From positions 96,001-160,000 of IMG/VR virus record IMGVR_UViG_3300042317_000390: 64,000 bases of DNA. One strand, given 5' to 3'. The stretch is from a virus. A program made the position numbers and the translations under genes. Each line of letters opens with the position of its first letter. Position 1 is the stretch's first letter. Shown one piece after another: positions 49,923 to 58,132 of this stretch. The notes beneath the pieces are model-generated. The model saw only the letters and a list, made by a program, of their open reading frames with translations. It was not told where the DNA came from and searched no databases.

Positions 49923-51084
49923 GCAGCAGCTAGGTAGATGGTCTGAATTAACTAACCAACCAGAAATAAAAGATCTTCAATATGGTATGGACTTTCGTGA
50001 GCCACGGTATCGCCGTGAAGTCTTTCTAAGATTTTATGAGTTTCATCTTAAACATAGAAGCCATCCCGGTGGTGTATACTTTGCTTTTCCATGGTTAACG
50101 AAATACTATGGGATGGACATGGAAGATAAGTTGTGGATAGCGTTCATTAACGGATGCTCTCAGAATATTGTTACATCTTCTATGATCTACGAGAGATTCC
50201 CCAAGTTTAAAGATGTCAACGTTGATGAATTATCTGACTGGTGGGATACAGTTCATCCCAAATTTAAAGCAGGCAGTGGGTGGGATTCAGATAGAAAATA
50301 CTGTAAAGTTGGAAAAACAGGATTCCCTTCTTGCGTAAAATCGTATAAAGATAACGTAGACAAATACGGAACCCAAGAGAATATGTTTGGTTGTCTAACT
50401 ACTAATGACAACCAATTCTATAATTTTGGTAAGGTATGGGATCATGTAAGAAATAATTTTCTATCTTTTGGAAGATTATCAACTTTTTCATATCTTGAGT
50501 ATTTACGAATCCAAGGAATTAATATAGACTGTAATAGTCTTTTCTTGGACGATATCAGCGGATCAAAGTCTCATCGTAACGGTCTGTGTAAAGTATTAGG
50601 TCGTGATGATTTAGATTGGTGGGATGCAGAGGCTTCTCAGAATAAAGGTTTTGAGGGCTATAAAAAAGAAACCATTGAATGGTTAGTTAAAGAAGGTGAT
50701 ACTCTTCTGTTGGAAGCTAAAGAACGGATTAAGCATCCAGACGTTAGTTTCTTCACGATGGAATCAACCTTCTGTTGTTATAAGTCTTGGCATCGTCCTA
50801 ATCGTCGTTATCCAAACGTCTATATGGATATGATGTATAATAGAATCAAATACGCAGAGGAAGAGTGGGGAGATAAGTTTCAACATTTCTGGAAGATGCG
50901 TAGAGATTCTTTACCAGAACATCTTAGATTAGAAGACAATCCTGCTGATCCGGGTTTATGTAAAGAGAAGCAAAATCATTACCTAAATACAGGTCAAGTT
51001 ATTATGATGGATGAAGAGTGGGATTGCTTTAAGAACGACTTTAACGATAACACTAAGAATACCCTTGAAAGGTTCTTTGGATGA
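49912..51084 (+). CDS. amino acid:DNA transferase (aGPT-Pplase2-like, HhH-glycosylase fold)
   Basis: FGRLSTFSYLEYL; SHRNGL; F.MES.FC.YK; RRYPNVY.D; flanked by PLP enzyme and P-loop kinase as in ViI/M6-type loci. Confidence 0.75.
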   Translation: MQSEQQLGRWSELTNQPEIKDLQYGMDFREPRYRREVFLRFYEFHLKHRSHPGGVYFAFPWLTKYYGMDMEDKLWIAFINGCSQNIVTSSMIYERFPKFKDVNVDELSDWWDTVHPKFKAGSGWDSDRKYCKVGKTGFPSCVKSYKDNVDKYGTQENMFGCLTTNDNQFYNFGKVWDHVRNNFLSFGRLSTFSYLEYLRIQGINIDCNSLFLDDISGSKSHRNGLCKVLGRDDLDWWDAEASQNKGFEGYKKETIEWLVKEGDTLLLEAKERIKHPDVSFFTMESTFCCYKSWHRPNRRYPNVYMDMMYNRIKYAEEEWGDKFQHFWKMRRDSLPEHLRLEDNPADPGLCKEKQNHYLNTGQVIMMDEEWDCFKNDFNDNTKNTLERFFG

Positions 51085-51617
51085 AAATCTTTGCTATCGG
51101 TGGTGAGCCAGGTTCTGGTAAGTCCACTCTAATGAAAGAAATACTTAGAAAGAATGTTTTTTCTTCTATGTTTGATCAAGTAAAGTTAGTTCCATATCAT
51201 CAATCAGGATTTGTATATATTCTTGGCAAGTATGAAGAAGGTCAAGTCTTCTCTGGCACAGATCGTATGTCTATGGCGGTTCAACCAGAGGCAGTGAAGT
51301 TTCTAGCCTCCCTTCCTGACAATTCTATTGTCCTTTTTGAAGGTGACCGGCTCTTCACTGCCTCTTTTCTAGAGCATTGCGTAGAGAAGTATGATACAGA
51401 AATCATCTATCTAGAGACTGATAAAACTATCAGAGAAGAAAGATATAAGGAAAGAGGCAGCGATCAGAACGAAACTTGGTTACAGGGTCGTCAAACTAAG
51501 ATTGCTAATATCCTTTCCAATATGGTTTTGATGTTTAATACGGTTAAGTTTAAAAACAATAACAAAGAAGATCAGAAAGTTATTGTTGATCATATTATGA
51601 AGACTTTGGAGGCATAA
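51081..51617 (+). CDS. P-loop kinase, probable 5-hydroxymethylpyrimidine DNA kinase (5-HMUDK-like)
   Basis: IGGEPGSGKST; LGKY.....F.GTDRMSM; FEGDRL; R..ERGS.Q...W..GR.TK. Confidence 0.8.
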   Translation: MKIFAIGGEPGSGKSTLMKEILRKNVFSSMFDQVKLVPYHQSGFVYILGKYEEGQVFSGTDRMSMAVQPEAVKFLASLPDNSIVLFEGDRLFTASFLEHCVEKYDTEIIYLETDKTIREERYKERGSDQNETWLQGRQTKIANILSNMVLMFNTVKFKNNNKEDQKVIVDHIMKTLEA

Positions 51618-52066
51618 TGACACTAAAACCTAATATAGATACCATGTATCCATTCGCATCATCACCAACAGGTTCTGTTAGCTCTGCTGAAGAGTATAAG
51701 TTTGAAAACGGTCACACTTGGTCAGTAGGTGGAGAAGAGAGAATTAGAGTTAACGAAAGCGGCGCTCATTTTACTGCATCAACATGGCCACCTAAATATA
51801 AATATAAGGAAGACCAGATTATTGCTGACTTCCATGCCTATATAGATAAGACGTATGGGCAGCACTATATGACTGAAGAGCAGAATATAGAATGTTTCGA
51901 TGTTTGGTTGGCTCTTGGTGATTCTTTACCAACTTTCCGAAACACAGCTATTAAGTATCTTTGGCGTTACGGCAAGAAGAAGGGCAGTAATAAGGATGAC
52001 CTTATGAAGGTTCTTCATTATACGTTAATGATGCTTTATAACGATCATTATAAAGGTAATAAATGA
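51617..52066 (+). CDS. DUF3310/SaV-like protein (putative nucleotide kinase)
   Basis: YI..TYGQHY; F...AIKYLWRYGKK.G....DL.K.LHY. Confidence 0.75.
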   Translation: MTLKPNIDTMYPFASSPTGSVSSAEEYKFENGHTWSVGGEERIRVNESGAHFTASTWPPKYKYKEDQIIADFHAYIDKTYGQHYMTEEQNIECFDVWLALGDSLPTFRNTAIKYLWRYGKKKGSNKDDLMKVLHYTLMMLYNDHYKGNK

Positions 52067-52251
52067 GAACACTAGAACAATACGAGGCAGATAAGAAAAA
52101 GCTAAAAGAAGAGTTCGGTACAGGTATACAGTGTCCAGCTTGTGGTGATGAATTAGTTATTTCTGATCCGGGTGTTATTTTACTATCAAACCCTCCTAGA
52201 AAAAAAGTTCATTGTCCAACTTGCAAATATAAAAATACTATTACAGCATAG
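52063..52251 (+). CDS. small Zn-ribbon protein
   Basis: CPAC...CPTC. Confidence 0.65.
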   Translation: MRTLEQYEADKKKLKEEFGTGIQCPACGDELVISDPGVILLSNPPRKKVHCPTCKYKNTITA

Positions 52252-52262
52252 AAAGGTATATT

Positions 52263-53120
52263 ATGGAAATTAAGATCCCAGTTGAAAAGTTGAGAGATAG
52301 GAAGCTATTCGTAGCCACTCCTATGTATGGTGGTGTTTGTGCAGGTATGTTTGCTAAGTCATGCGCTGACCTATCTGCTATTTGTACGCAGTATGGTATT
52401 CCACTTCAGTTTTATTATCTATTCAACGAGTCTCTAATTACACGTGCACGTAATTATTGCTGCGATGAATTTATGCGTTCCGACGCTCAGCATATGATGT
52501 TTATCGATTCTGATATCGGCTTCAATCCTCAAGACGTTATTGCTCTTATGGCACTACAGGCTAATGAGGAAGAGAAGTATGATATCATTGGTGGTCCATA
52601 TCCTAAGAAGTGTATCTCTTGGGAGAAGATTAAGCACGCAGTAGATAAGGGCGTTGCCGATGAAGATCCAAACGTTCTTGAGAAGTTCGTTGGTGATTAC
52701 GTGTTTAATCCGAAGGGAGATCAGACTAGTATTCCTCTAAGTGATCCGGTAGAAGTATTAGAAATCGGAACGGGCTTTATGATGGTCACCAAGAAGGCCA
52801 TGCAGAAGTTCTACGATTCCTATAAGGATCAGTATTCTTATAAGCCAGATCATGTTCGTACAGAGCATTTTGACGGCACTCGTGAAATTCTAATGTTCTT
52901 CCAGGCAGAAGTAGATCCAAAGTCAAAGCGTTATCTTTCTGAGGATTATTGGTTCTGTCAGAAGGCTCAAGAGATCGGACTACGTACGTGGTTCTGTCCT
53001 TGGATGAAGTTACAGCATGTTGGAACCTATATTTTTGGCGGTTCTCTTGCTGACTTGGCTTCAATCGGTGCTTCGGCAACGGCTGATCCGGGTAAACTTG
53101 GTGGTAAAAAGAAGAAGTGA
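52263..53120 (+). CDS. GT-A-fold glycosyltransferase-like protein
   Basis: FVATPMYGG; ESLITRARN; FIDSD (DxD); GTGFMM; YLSEDY.FC; H.G. Confidence 0.75.
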   Translation: MEIKIPVEKLRDRKLFVATPMYGGVCAGMFAKSCADLSAICTQYGIPLQFYYLFNESLITRARNYCCDEFMRSDAQHMMFIDSDIGFNPQDVIALMALQANEEEKYDIIGGPYPKKCISWEKIKHAVDKGVADEDPNVLEKFVGDYVFNPKGDQTSIPLSDPVEVLEIGTGFMMVTKKAMQKFYDSYKDQYSYKPDHVRTEHFDGTREILMFFQAEVDPKSKRYLSEDYWFCQKAQEIGLRTWFCPWMKLQHVGTYIFGGSLADLASIGASATADPGKLGGKKKK

Positions 53121-53137
53121 AATAACGGAGCTAAATT

Positions 53138-53794
53138 ATGAAGATTGATGTAGATACGGTAAATGTTCTGAAGAATTTCTCGAAGATTAATTCTTCAATC
53201 GTAGTCCAAGAGGGTAATGTTCTAAAGACCATTTCTCCTACTAAGACTATCATGGCGAAGGCAAACGTCAAGACTGACTTTCCAAAGCGTTTTGCTATCT
53301 ATGAGCTAGATCGGTTTCTTGCTACTCTCAGCACGTTCACTGATCCAGAACTGGATTTCAAGAATCGTCATGTTGACGTTAAGGATAATCGTCGTGTTAC
53401 GAATTATCTATATGCCGATGAAAGCACCGTCATTAAGGCACCAGAGAACGAAATCAGCCTTCCAACGGTTGACGTTAAGTTTACTCTGATAAACGACGAC
53501 CTGAAGACTATCGAAAAGTCTAGCGGTATTCTCAATCTACCAGATATTGTTATTACTGGTGATGGTAAGAATATCTATATCCAGGCAGCTGATACAAAGG
53601 TTTCTTCTGGTACAACTGACTCTATTGAGATCGGTCTAACAGACAAGACCTTCCGTGCTATCTTCAAGGCTGAGAATATCAATAAGATTATTCCCGGCGA
53701 TTATGATGTTAGTATTTCATCTAAGGGTATCTCACGGTTCGTGGGAAATGGTGTAGAGTATTATATCGCAGTTGAAGCCACTTCAACTTTCTAA
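53138..53794 (+). CDS. gp45: sliding clamp
   Basis: T..VLKNFS.IN.SI....GN...TIS..K...A.A; F.IY.L..FL; Y.IA.E; precedes gp44. Confidence 0.93.
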   Translation: MKIDVDTVNVLKNFSKINSSIVVQEGNVLKTISPTKTIMAKANVKTDFPKRFAIYELDRFLATLSTFTDPELDFKNRHVDVKDNRRVTNYLYADESTVIKAPENEISLPTVDVKFTLINDDLKTIEKSSGILNLPDIVITGDGKNIYIQAADTKVSSGTTDSIEIGLTDKTFRAIFKAENINKIIPGDYDVSISSKGISRFVGNGVEYYIAVEATSTF

Positions 53795-53796
53795 TT

Positions 53797-53823
53797 GAAG
53801 GGGGTTTATCCCCCTTCTTCTTT
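53797..53823 (+). terminator. probable terminator after gp45
   Basis: GAAGGGGG-TTTAT-CCCCCTTC followed by TTCTTT. Confidence 0.7.
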
Positions 53824-53839
53824 ATTATGGAGCGATGAT

Positions 53840-54058
53840 ATGTCTAGAAGAATGCCAGAAGATCAAATAATTCAAACTCTGTTTGGTCCAGAGGTAGTAA
53901 TGAAAACATGTAATACATGCGATAAAGATCTACCAATATCCAACTTTTATTATTCTTCTCATACGTCTAATAATGTTAGAAACCAGTGCATCAACTGTTG
54001 GAAAAAGCACAATGGTCGTTCTAACTTCGCTAACGTCGCTATGTTTGAGGTGAGATAA
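53840..54058 (+). CDS. small Zn-finger protein
   Basis: ATG 53840 after GGAG; KTCNTC...F......C.NC, like the N-terminal finger of HNH/EndoVII proteins. Confidence 0.55.
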   Translation: MSRRMPEDQIIQTLFGPEVVMKTCNTCDKDLPISNFYYSSHTSNNVRNQCINCWKKHNGRSNFANVAMFEVR

Positions 54059-54996
54059 TGAATGAAGAATTTCTTTGGGTAGAAAAGTATCGACCGGCAA
54101 CAATTCAAGATACTATTTTACCTTGTGAATTAAAGGCTACGTTTCAACAATTCGTAGACCAGAAGAATATCCCTAACTTAATCCTATCAGGTTCAGCCGG
54201 TGTTGGTAAGACAACTGTTGCTCGTGCTATGCTAGAACAGTTGGGTTGTGACTATATCGTAATTAACGGATCTATGAATGGCAATATCGATACCTTACGA
54301 AATGAAATTCTCAACTTTGCCTCATCCGTCAGTTTGCTTGGCGGGAGAAAATATGTCATCCTTGACGAAGCAGATTACCTTAATGCCAACAGCACTCAAC
54401 CTGCACTTCGCAACTTCATGGAAGAGTTTTCCAGAAATTGCGGATTCATCCTTACGTGCAACTTCAAGAACCGTATCATTGAGCCTCTTCATTCTAGATG
54501 TTCTGTAATTGATTTTAAGATCAGCAAGAAGGCTATGGCTAAACTTGCTACACAGTTCTTCAAGAGAGTAAAATTTATTCTTGATGCTGAGAAGGTAGAA
54601 TACGATCCAGCAGTTGTAGCAGAAGTTATCAATAAGCATTTCCCAGATTGGCGTAGAGTTCTTAATGAACTTCAGCGTTATTCTGCTACAGGTAAGATTG
54701 ATACGGGTATTCTTGTTAACCTACAGGAATCATCCATCAAGGATCTTATCGCTCTGCTTAAAGATAAGAACTATACAGAAGTATGTAAGTGGGTTAAGAG
54801 TAACCTAGATACAGACGTAAATACACTATATAATCAGTTCTATGAAGTATCAAACGATGTATTCACTAAGAATGGTGGTGCTCAGATGATTCTTCATATC
54901 GCTAGATACCAGTATCAAAATGCGTTTTCTGCTAATCCAGAAATCAACTTTCTAGCGTTCCTTATTGAAGTTATGAAAGACTGTGAGTTCGCCTGA
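54058..54996 (+). CDS. gp44: clamp loader large subunit
   Basis: LWVEKYRP; G.AGVGKTT; ILDEAD; QPALR.FMEEFS.NC.FILTCN; PL.SRC. Confidence 0.96.
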   Translation: MNEEFLWVEKYRPATIQDTILPCELKATFQQFVDQKNIPNLILSGSAGVGKTTVARAMLEQLGCDYIVINGSMNGNIDTLRNEILNFASSVSLLGGRKYVILDEADYLNANSTQPALRNFMEEFSRNCGFILTCNFKNRIIEPLHSRCSVIDFKISKKAMAKLATQFFKRVKFILDAEKVEYDPAVVAEVINKHFPDWRRVLNELQRYSATGKIDTGILVNLQESSIKDLIALLKDKNYTEVCKWVKSNLDTDVNTLYNQFYEVSNDVFTKNGGAQMILHIARYQYQNAFSANPEINFLAFLIEVMKDCEFA

Positions 54997-55454
54997 TGAC
55001 TAAGTTTCTAAATGTACTAATGGAGGAAAGAGAATCAGAGAAATCTGTTGAGACGAAGAAGAAGGAAGCATATGATTGGCGCTATGAAAATAGCATCATG
55101 AATGGACCAAAGGTAGAGATAGATGGTGATTACTCTCAGTGGAGAATCAACAATATTCTTTCCAAGCATAAAGATATTGTTCCGTTTATCAACGAAATGA
55201 ATATCAATTATCAGGTTTCAAACCATATGCACTATAGCTATCTTCATGGTGCAGTTAGAAAATATCGTCGTCAGTATACAAAAGGTGAAACTAAACAGGA
55301 AAAAGCAGCTAGAGAGAAAGAACAAGAACTTATCTCCTTGATTTCTGAGCACTATAAATATAATATTGTTCGTGCTAAGGAAGTCCTAAAGATTCTCACA
55401 GCGGAGCAAATTAATGAAATAAGAAAAAGAAAAGAAAAAGGTGGAGTAAAATGA
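54996..55454 (+). CDS. gp62: clamp loader small subunit
   Basis: Position between gp44 and regA; Y..W.IN..LS...D.....NEMN; Y.Y....A.E.L.ILT.EQ. Confidence 0.85.
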   Translation: MTKFLNVLMEERESEKSVETKKKEAYDWRYENSIMNGPKVEIDGDYSQWRINNILSKHKDIVPFINEMNINYQVSNHMHYSYLHGAVRKYRRQYTKGETKQEKAAREKEQELISLISEHYKYNIVRAKEVLKILTAEQINEIRKRKEKGGVK

Positions 55455-55852
55455 ATGAATTTTTGGACTCTTTAGTAGAGGTGAAATTTGCAGAAGAAGA
55501 AGATTTTTTAAAGATTAAAGAAACTTTGACACGTATTGGTGTTGCTTCTCGCAAGGAAAAGAAATTATATCAATCATGTCATATTTTTCATAAACAGGGA
55601 AAGTATTACATAGTACATTTCAAAGAAATGTTTTTGATTGATGGAAAGGATTCTAATTTTTCAGAAGAAGATAGAGGTCGTAGAAACAAGATCGCACATC
55701 TTCTTCAGGAATGGGGTCTTTTAAAAGTAGTTGAACCAGAAAGAATTACTGAACCATTAGCATCTATGAGTCAGATTAAGATCATCAATCATAAAGAAAA
55801 GCATGATTGGACTCTTGAGGCTAAGTATAATATGGGTCGTAAGAAAAAGTAA
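55451..55852 (+). CDS. regA: translational repressor RegA
   Basis: DFLKIKETLTRIGVASR..KKLYQSCHI.HKQGKYYIVHFKE. Confidence 0.96.
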   Translation: MNEFLDSLVEVKFAEEEDFLKIKETLTRIGVASRKEKKLYQSCHIFHKQGKYYIVHFKEMFLIDGKDSNFSEEDRGRRNKIAHLLQEWGLLKVVEPERITEPLASMSQIKIINHKEKHDWTLEAKYNMGRKKK

Positions 55853-55868
55853 TTGAAGGAATTATATT

Positions 55869-56219
55869 ATGTGGCCATTTAAAGTTGAAAAGAAACCAAG
55901 AACACCAGCAGAAGAACAGATTGAGTTAATCAGAAATATTCTGTTTCCTCCTACAAAAGTAGATGAGCAGTATGGAGAAGATGGTGTTTTGCGTAAATGG
56001 CAAGTAGATTATTCTGCTGATATGAATCTTTATGCGGCTTTAATAGATCTTCAAGAAGGCCATAATGATAAGGCAGTCCATAATACCATTAATGATATTC
56101 AGGATAGACTTATCAAAGTTAGAGAAATATTAGAAGAACACATGCAGCTAAGTAAGGAAGCGGATTACATAGTTGTTGAAAACTTGAAGGAAGAGATTGA
56201 TGTCGATTCAAGAGAATGA
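55869..56219 (+). CDS. hypothetical protein
   Basis: 116 aa with AAGGA RBS. Confidence 0.65.
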   Translation: MWPFKVEKKPRTPAEEQIELIRNILFPPTKVDEQYGEDGVLRKWQVDYSADMNLYAALIDLQEGHNDKAVHNTINDIQDRLIKVREILEEHMQLSKEADYIVVENLKEEIDVDSRE

Positions 56220-56376
56220 CATTAAAGAGATAGTTCAGCTTATCGAAAAGATGATTGATAAAAGATATCATTATCTACACGAGCGAGAATATGAAAACTA
56301 CAATACATGTAGAGCTATTAACGCCGAATATCAAGTTGTCGTAGAAGAATTAATAAAAAAAATAAAAGAATTTTGA
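56200..56376 (+). CDS. small hypothetical protein, 58 aa (absent from ORF track)
   Basis: MSIQENDIKEIVQLIEKMID...IKEF*; GAAGGAAG upstream. Confidence 0.5.
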   Translation: MSIQENDIKEIVQLIEKMIDKRYHYLHEREYENYNTCRAINAEYQVVVEELIKKIKEF

Positions 56377-56394
56377 AAAAATCGAAAAAAACCA

Positions 56395-56423
56395 TTTACT
56401 TCTAGGTTGAGTTACTATATTAT
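56395..56423 (+). promoter_or_regulatory. sigma70-type early promoter with A-tract UP element
   Basis: A-tracts, then TTTACT-N17-TATTAT. Confidence 0.7.
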
Positions 56424-56452
56424 AGATATATTAGAAATAAGGAGTAACGACT

Positions 56453-56626
56453 ATGGACAACATCAATCTCCAAGTCCAAGACGAGACGGGAAACTGGCGT
56501 ACATATACCGTTACTCAAAATAATTCCCAGTTAATCATAATGGGGATGCGACAGCTACAGTGGCAGTTTCCTTCGAGACGCATTCGTGCTGTTGATGATT
56601 GTGGTAGAGTAGTTGACATACTTTAA
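56453..56626 (+). CDS. small early protein, 57 aa (absent from ORF track)
   Basis: TAAGGAG RBS; MDNINLQVQDETGNWRTY...RIRAVDDCGRVVDIL*. Confidence 0.75.
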   Translation: MDNINLQVQDETGNWRTYTVTQNNSQLIIMGMRQLQWQFPSRRIRAVDDCGRVVDIL

Positions 56627-56646
56627 TTAAATAGGAGAAATATATA

Positions 56647-56853
56647 ATGGTAAAGACTCAGACAGATCGTGTTATTAATGCTCTCGTGACTAAGGGTCAG
56701 GCTCTAACAGCCAAGCAGATTTCAGCACGTTTCGGTGCAGCTAATCCACATGGTCTAGTTTACAGCCTTCGTAAGAAGGGTCTAAACATCAAGCTAGTTA
56801 CCACAAAGGATTCTCGTGGTCGTGAGACTTCGAAGTATACATACGTAGGCTAA
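56647..56853 (+). CDS. small winged-HTH DNA-binding protein
   Basis: AGGAG RBS; LTAKQISARFG..NP...VYSLRKKG.NI. Confidence 0.7.
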   Translation: MVKTQTDRVINALVTKGQALTAKQISARFGAANPHGLVYSLRKKGLNIKLVTTKDSRGRETSKYTYVG

Positions 56854-56855
56854 AT

Positions 56856-57065
56856 AAAGTTTCGTGGGTCTGGGCGAAAGAACGCAAGACCCTAGTTGGT
56901 AAGGGAGATCACCACCCTTGGATACACGCCGTCCGTATGGAGATTTCCGGCGCAACCGGACGAAAGGCCAGCCCAAGGGGAACCGGGTCATTAAAACACA
57001 ATGGGGTTTTAATGATTTTCAATCAACGGTTCTTAAACAGACACCAACACCCACGGAATAACTTT
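56856..57065 (+). ncRNA. unidentified structured non-coding RNA (~210 nt)
   Basis: GC-richer than its surroundings; nested helices including a long closing stem and several hairpins; CTAAATA late-like box at 56850. Confidence 0.6.
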
Positions 57066-57077
57066 ACAGGAGTTTAT

Positions 57078-57308
57078 ATGCCTACCTATTACAGGTGTAG
57101 AACATGTTCTCGTATAACTAGCTTCTACCCTTGGGGGTGTATGAAACCATTTTGTGAAGTAAAGAGAAACCTTCTTGGTGATGTTATATGGAATCTCTTT
57201 ATTTTCATAGCGGTAATAAGTATAATATTCTTAGCGGCGAGTAACTTTGTTGTTAACGCTAAACTAAGAGATTTGTACGGCGTACAGTATACGGTTATTC
57301 CCCGATAG
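57078..57308 (+). CDS. small membrane protein with N-terminal Cys motifs
   Basis: AGGAG RBS before ATG 57078; CRTC..C...C then one TM segment; stop codon lies inside the 5' end of tRNA-Asn. Confidence 0.5.
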   Translation: MPTYYRCRTCSRITSFYPWGCMKPFCEVKRNLLGDVIWNLFIFIAVISIIFLAASNFVVNAKLRDLYGVQYTVIPR

Positions 57309-57374
57309 CTCAGCTGGTAGAGCAAGGCACTGTTAATGCCTGGGTCGGAGGTTCGAGTCCTTCTCGGGGAGCCA
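57299..57374 (+). tRNA. tRNA-Asn(GTT)
   Basis: TCCCCGA/TCGGGGA acceptor, AGGCA-CTGTTAA-TGCCT, GGTTCGAGTCC, encoded CCA. Confidence 0.95.
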
Positions 57375-57388
57375 GTTAGGTTGGTCGC

Positions 57389-57396
57389 TATAAATA
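57389..57396 (+). promoter_or_regulatory. late promoter TATAAATA
   Basis: Exact consensus upstream of two secreted-protein genes and three tRNAs. Confidence 0.7.
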
Positions 57397-57440
57397 GACT
57401 CGTGTGGATCTAAGGTTAGTCCACAACTATGGAGATTAAA

Positions 57441-57734
57441 ATGAAAAAGACCCTTATTGCTTTACTAACCGTGCTAACACTAGCAACGACTGCTGCTCCA
57501 GCTAACGCTTGGTGGCGTGGTGGTTACTACGGAGGATATTACGGTGGTTATGGATGGGGCGGTTACGGTGCTGCTATGGGTATCGGTGCAGCTATCGGCG
57601 TTCTAGGTGGACTAGCAGCTTCTGGCGGTTATGGATATGGTTACGGCTATAATCCATATTACGGATATGCTCCACCACGTGGTTATGGTTATCCTTATGG
57701 TTATCCTTCTAATGGATATTACTACGGATGGTAA
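57441..57734 (+). CDS. secreted Gly/Tyr-rich protein
   Basis: GGAG RBS before ATG 57441; signal peptide MKKTLIALL...PANA; GGYYGG low-complexity body. Confidence 0.75.
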   Translation: MKKTLIALLTVLTLATTAAPANAWWRGGYYGGYYGGYGWGGYGAAMGIGAAIGVLGGLAASGGYGYGYGYNPYYGYAPPRGYGYPYGYPSNGYYYGW

Positions 57735-57736
57735 TC

Positions 57737-58132
57737 ATGAAAAAGATCATTCTCGTTTTATCGTTGCTTATAGCATCGAGTGCTTATGCGGGCAACGAGA
57801 TAGATGTGTGTAACGGTTGTAAGATTTATTATTCAACTCCAAGAAGAGTTGTAGTAAAGAAAACCGTTACGAGACAAGTTCCTGTTCCAGTAGCAGTCCC
57901 TGTTGCTCCGGCACCAATGCCTGTTCCTGTTGCGGTTCCAGTGGCTCCAATACAACAGCCTGTAGCTGTTCAGTATTATCCTGCTGGACCTGGACCAATC
58001 ACTTCAACTATGATGGTTCCAGTAGCAGTTCCTGTAGCACCACCTCCTAGAGTTTGTGCTTGGTATATTGATCCATACGATCTGTTCGGACAGTTGTTCG
58101 GTAATCCAGATCTGGTTCAATCTTGTTGGTAA
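57737..58132 (+). CDS. secreted Pro/Val-rich protein
   Basis: Signal peptide MKKIILVLSLLIASSAYA; PVPVAVPVAP repeats; paired Cys. Confidence 0.7.
   Translation: MKKIILVLSLLIASSAYAGNEIDVCNGCKIYYSTPRRVVVKKTVTRQVPVPVAVPVAPAPMPVPVAVPVAPIQQPVAVQYYPAGPGPITSTMMVPVAVPVAPPPRVCAWYIDPYDLFGQLFGNPDLVQSCW

Noticed and set aside
41233-55360. Intragenic TATAAATA at 41233, 51797 and 55353
   Set aside because: Within coding regions of non-late genes in AT-rich DNA; may be chance, though 55353 before regA cannot be excluded
56925-56970. Hammerhead ribozyme (GTC...hairpin...CGAAA)
   Set aside because: No CUGANGA core and stem III pairing fails
56937-57077. N-terminal part of ORF 56937..57308, and ORF 56794..56991(-)
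   Set aside because: Both overlap the structured RNA; a good RBS supports the start at 57078 instead
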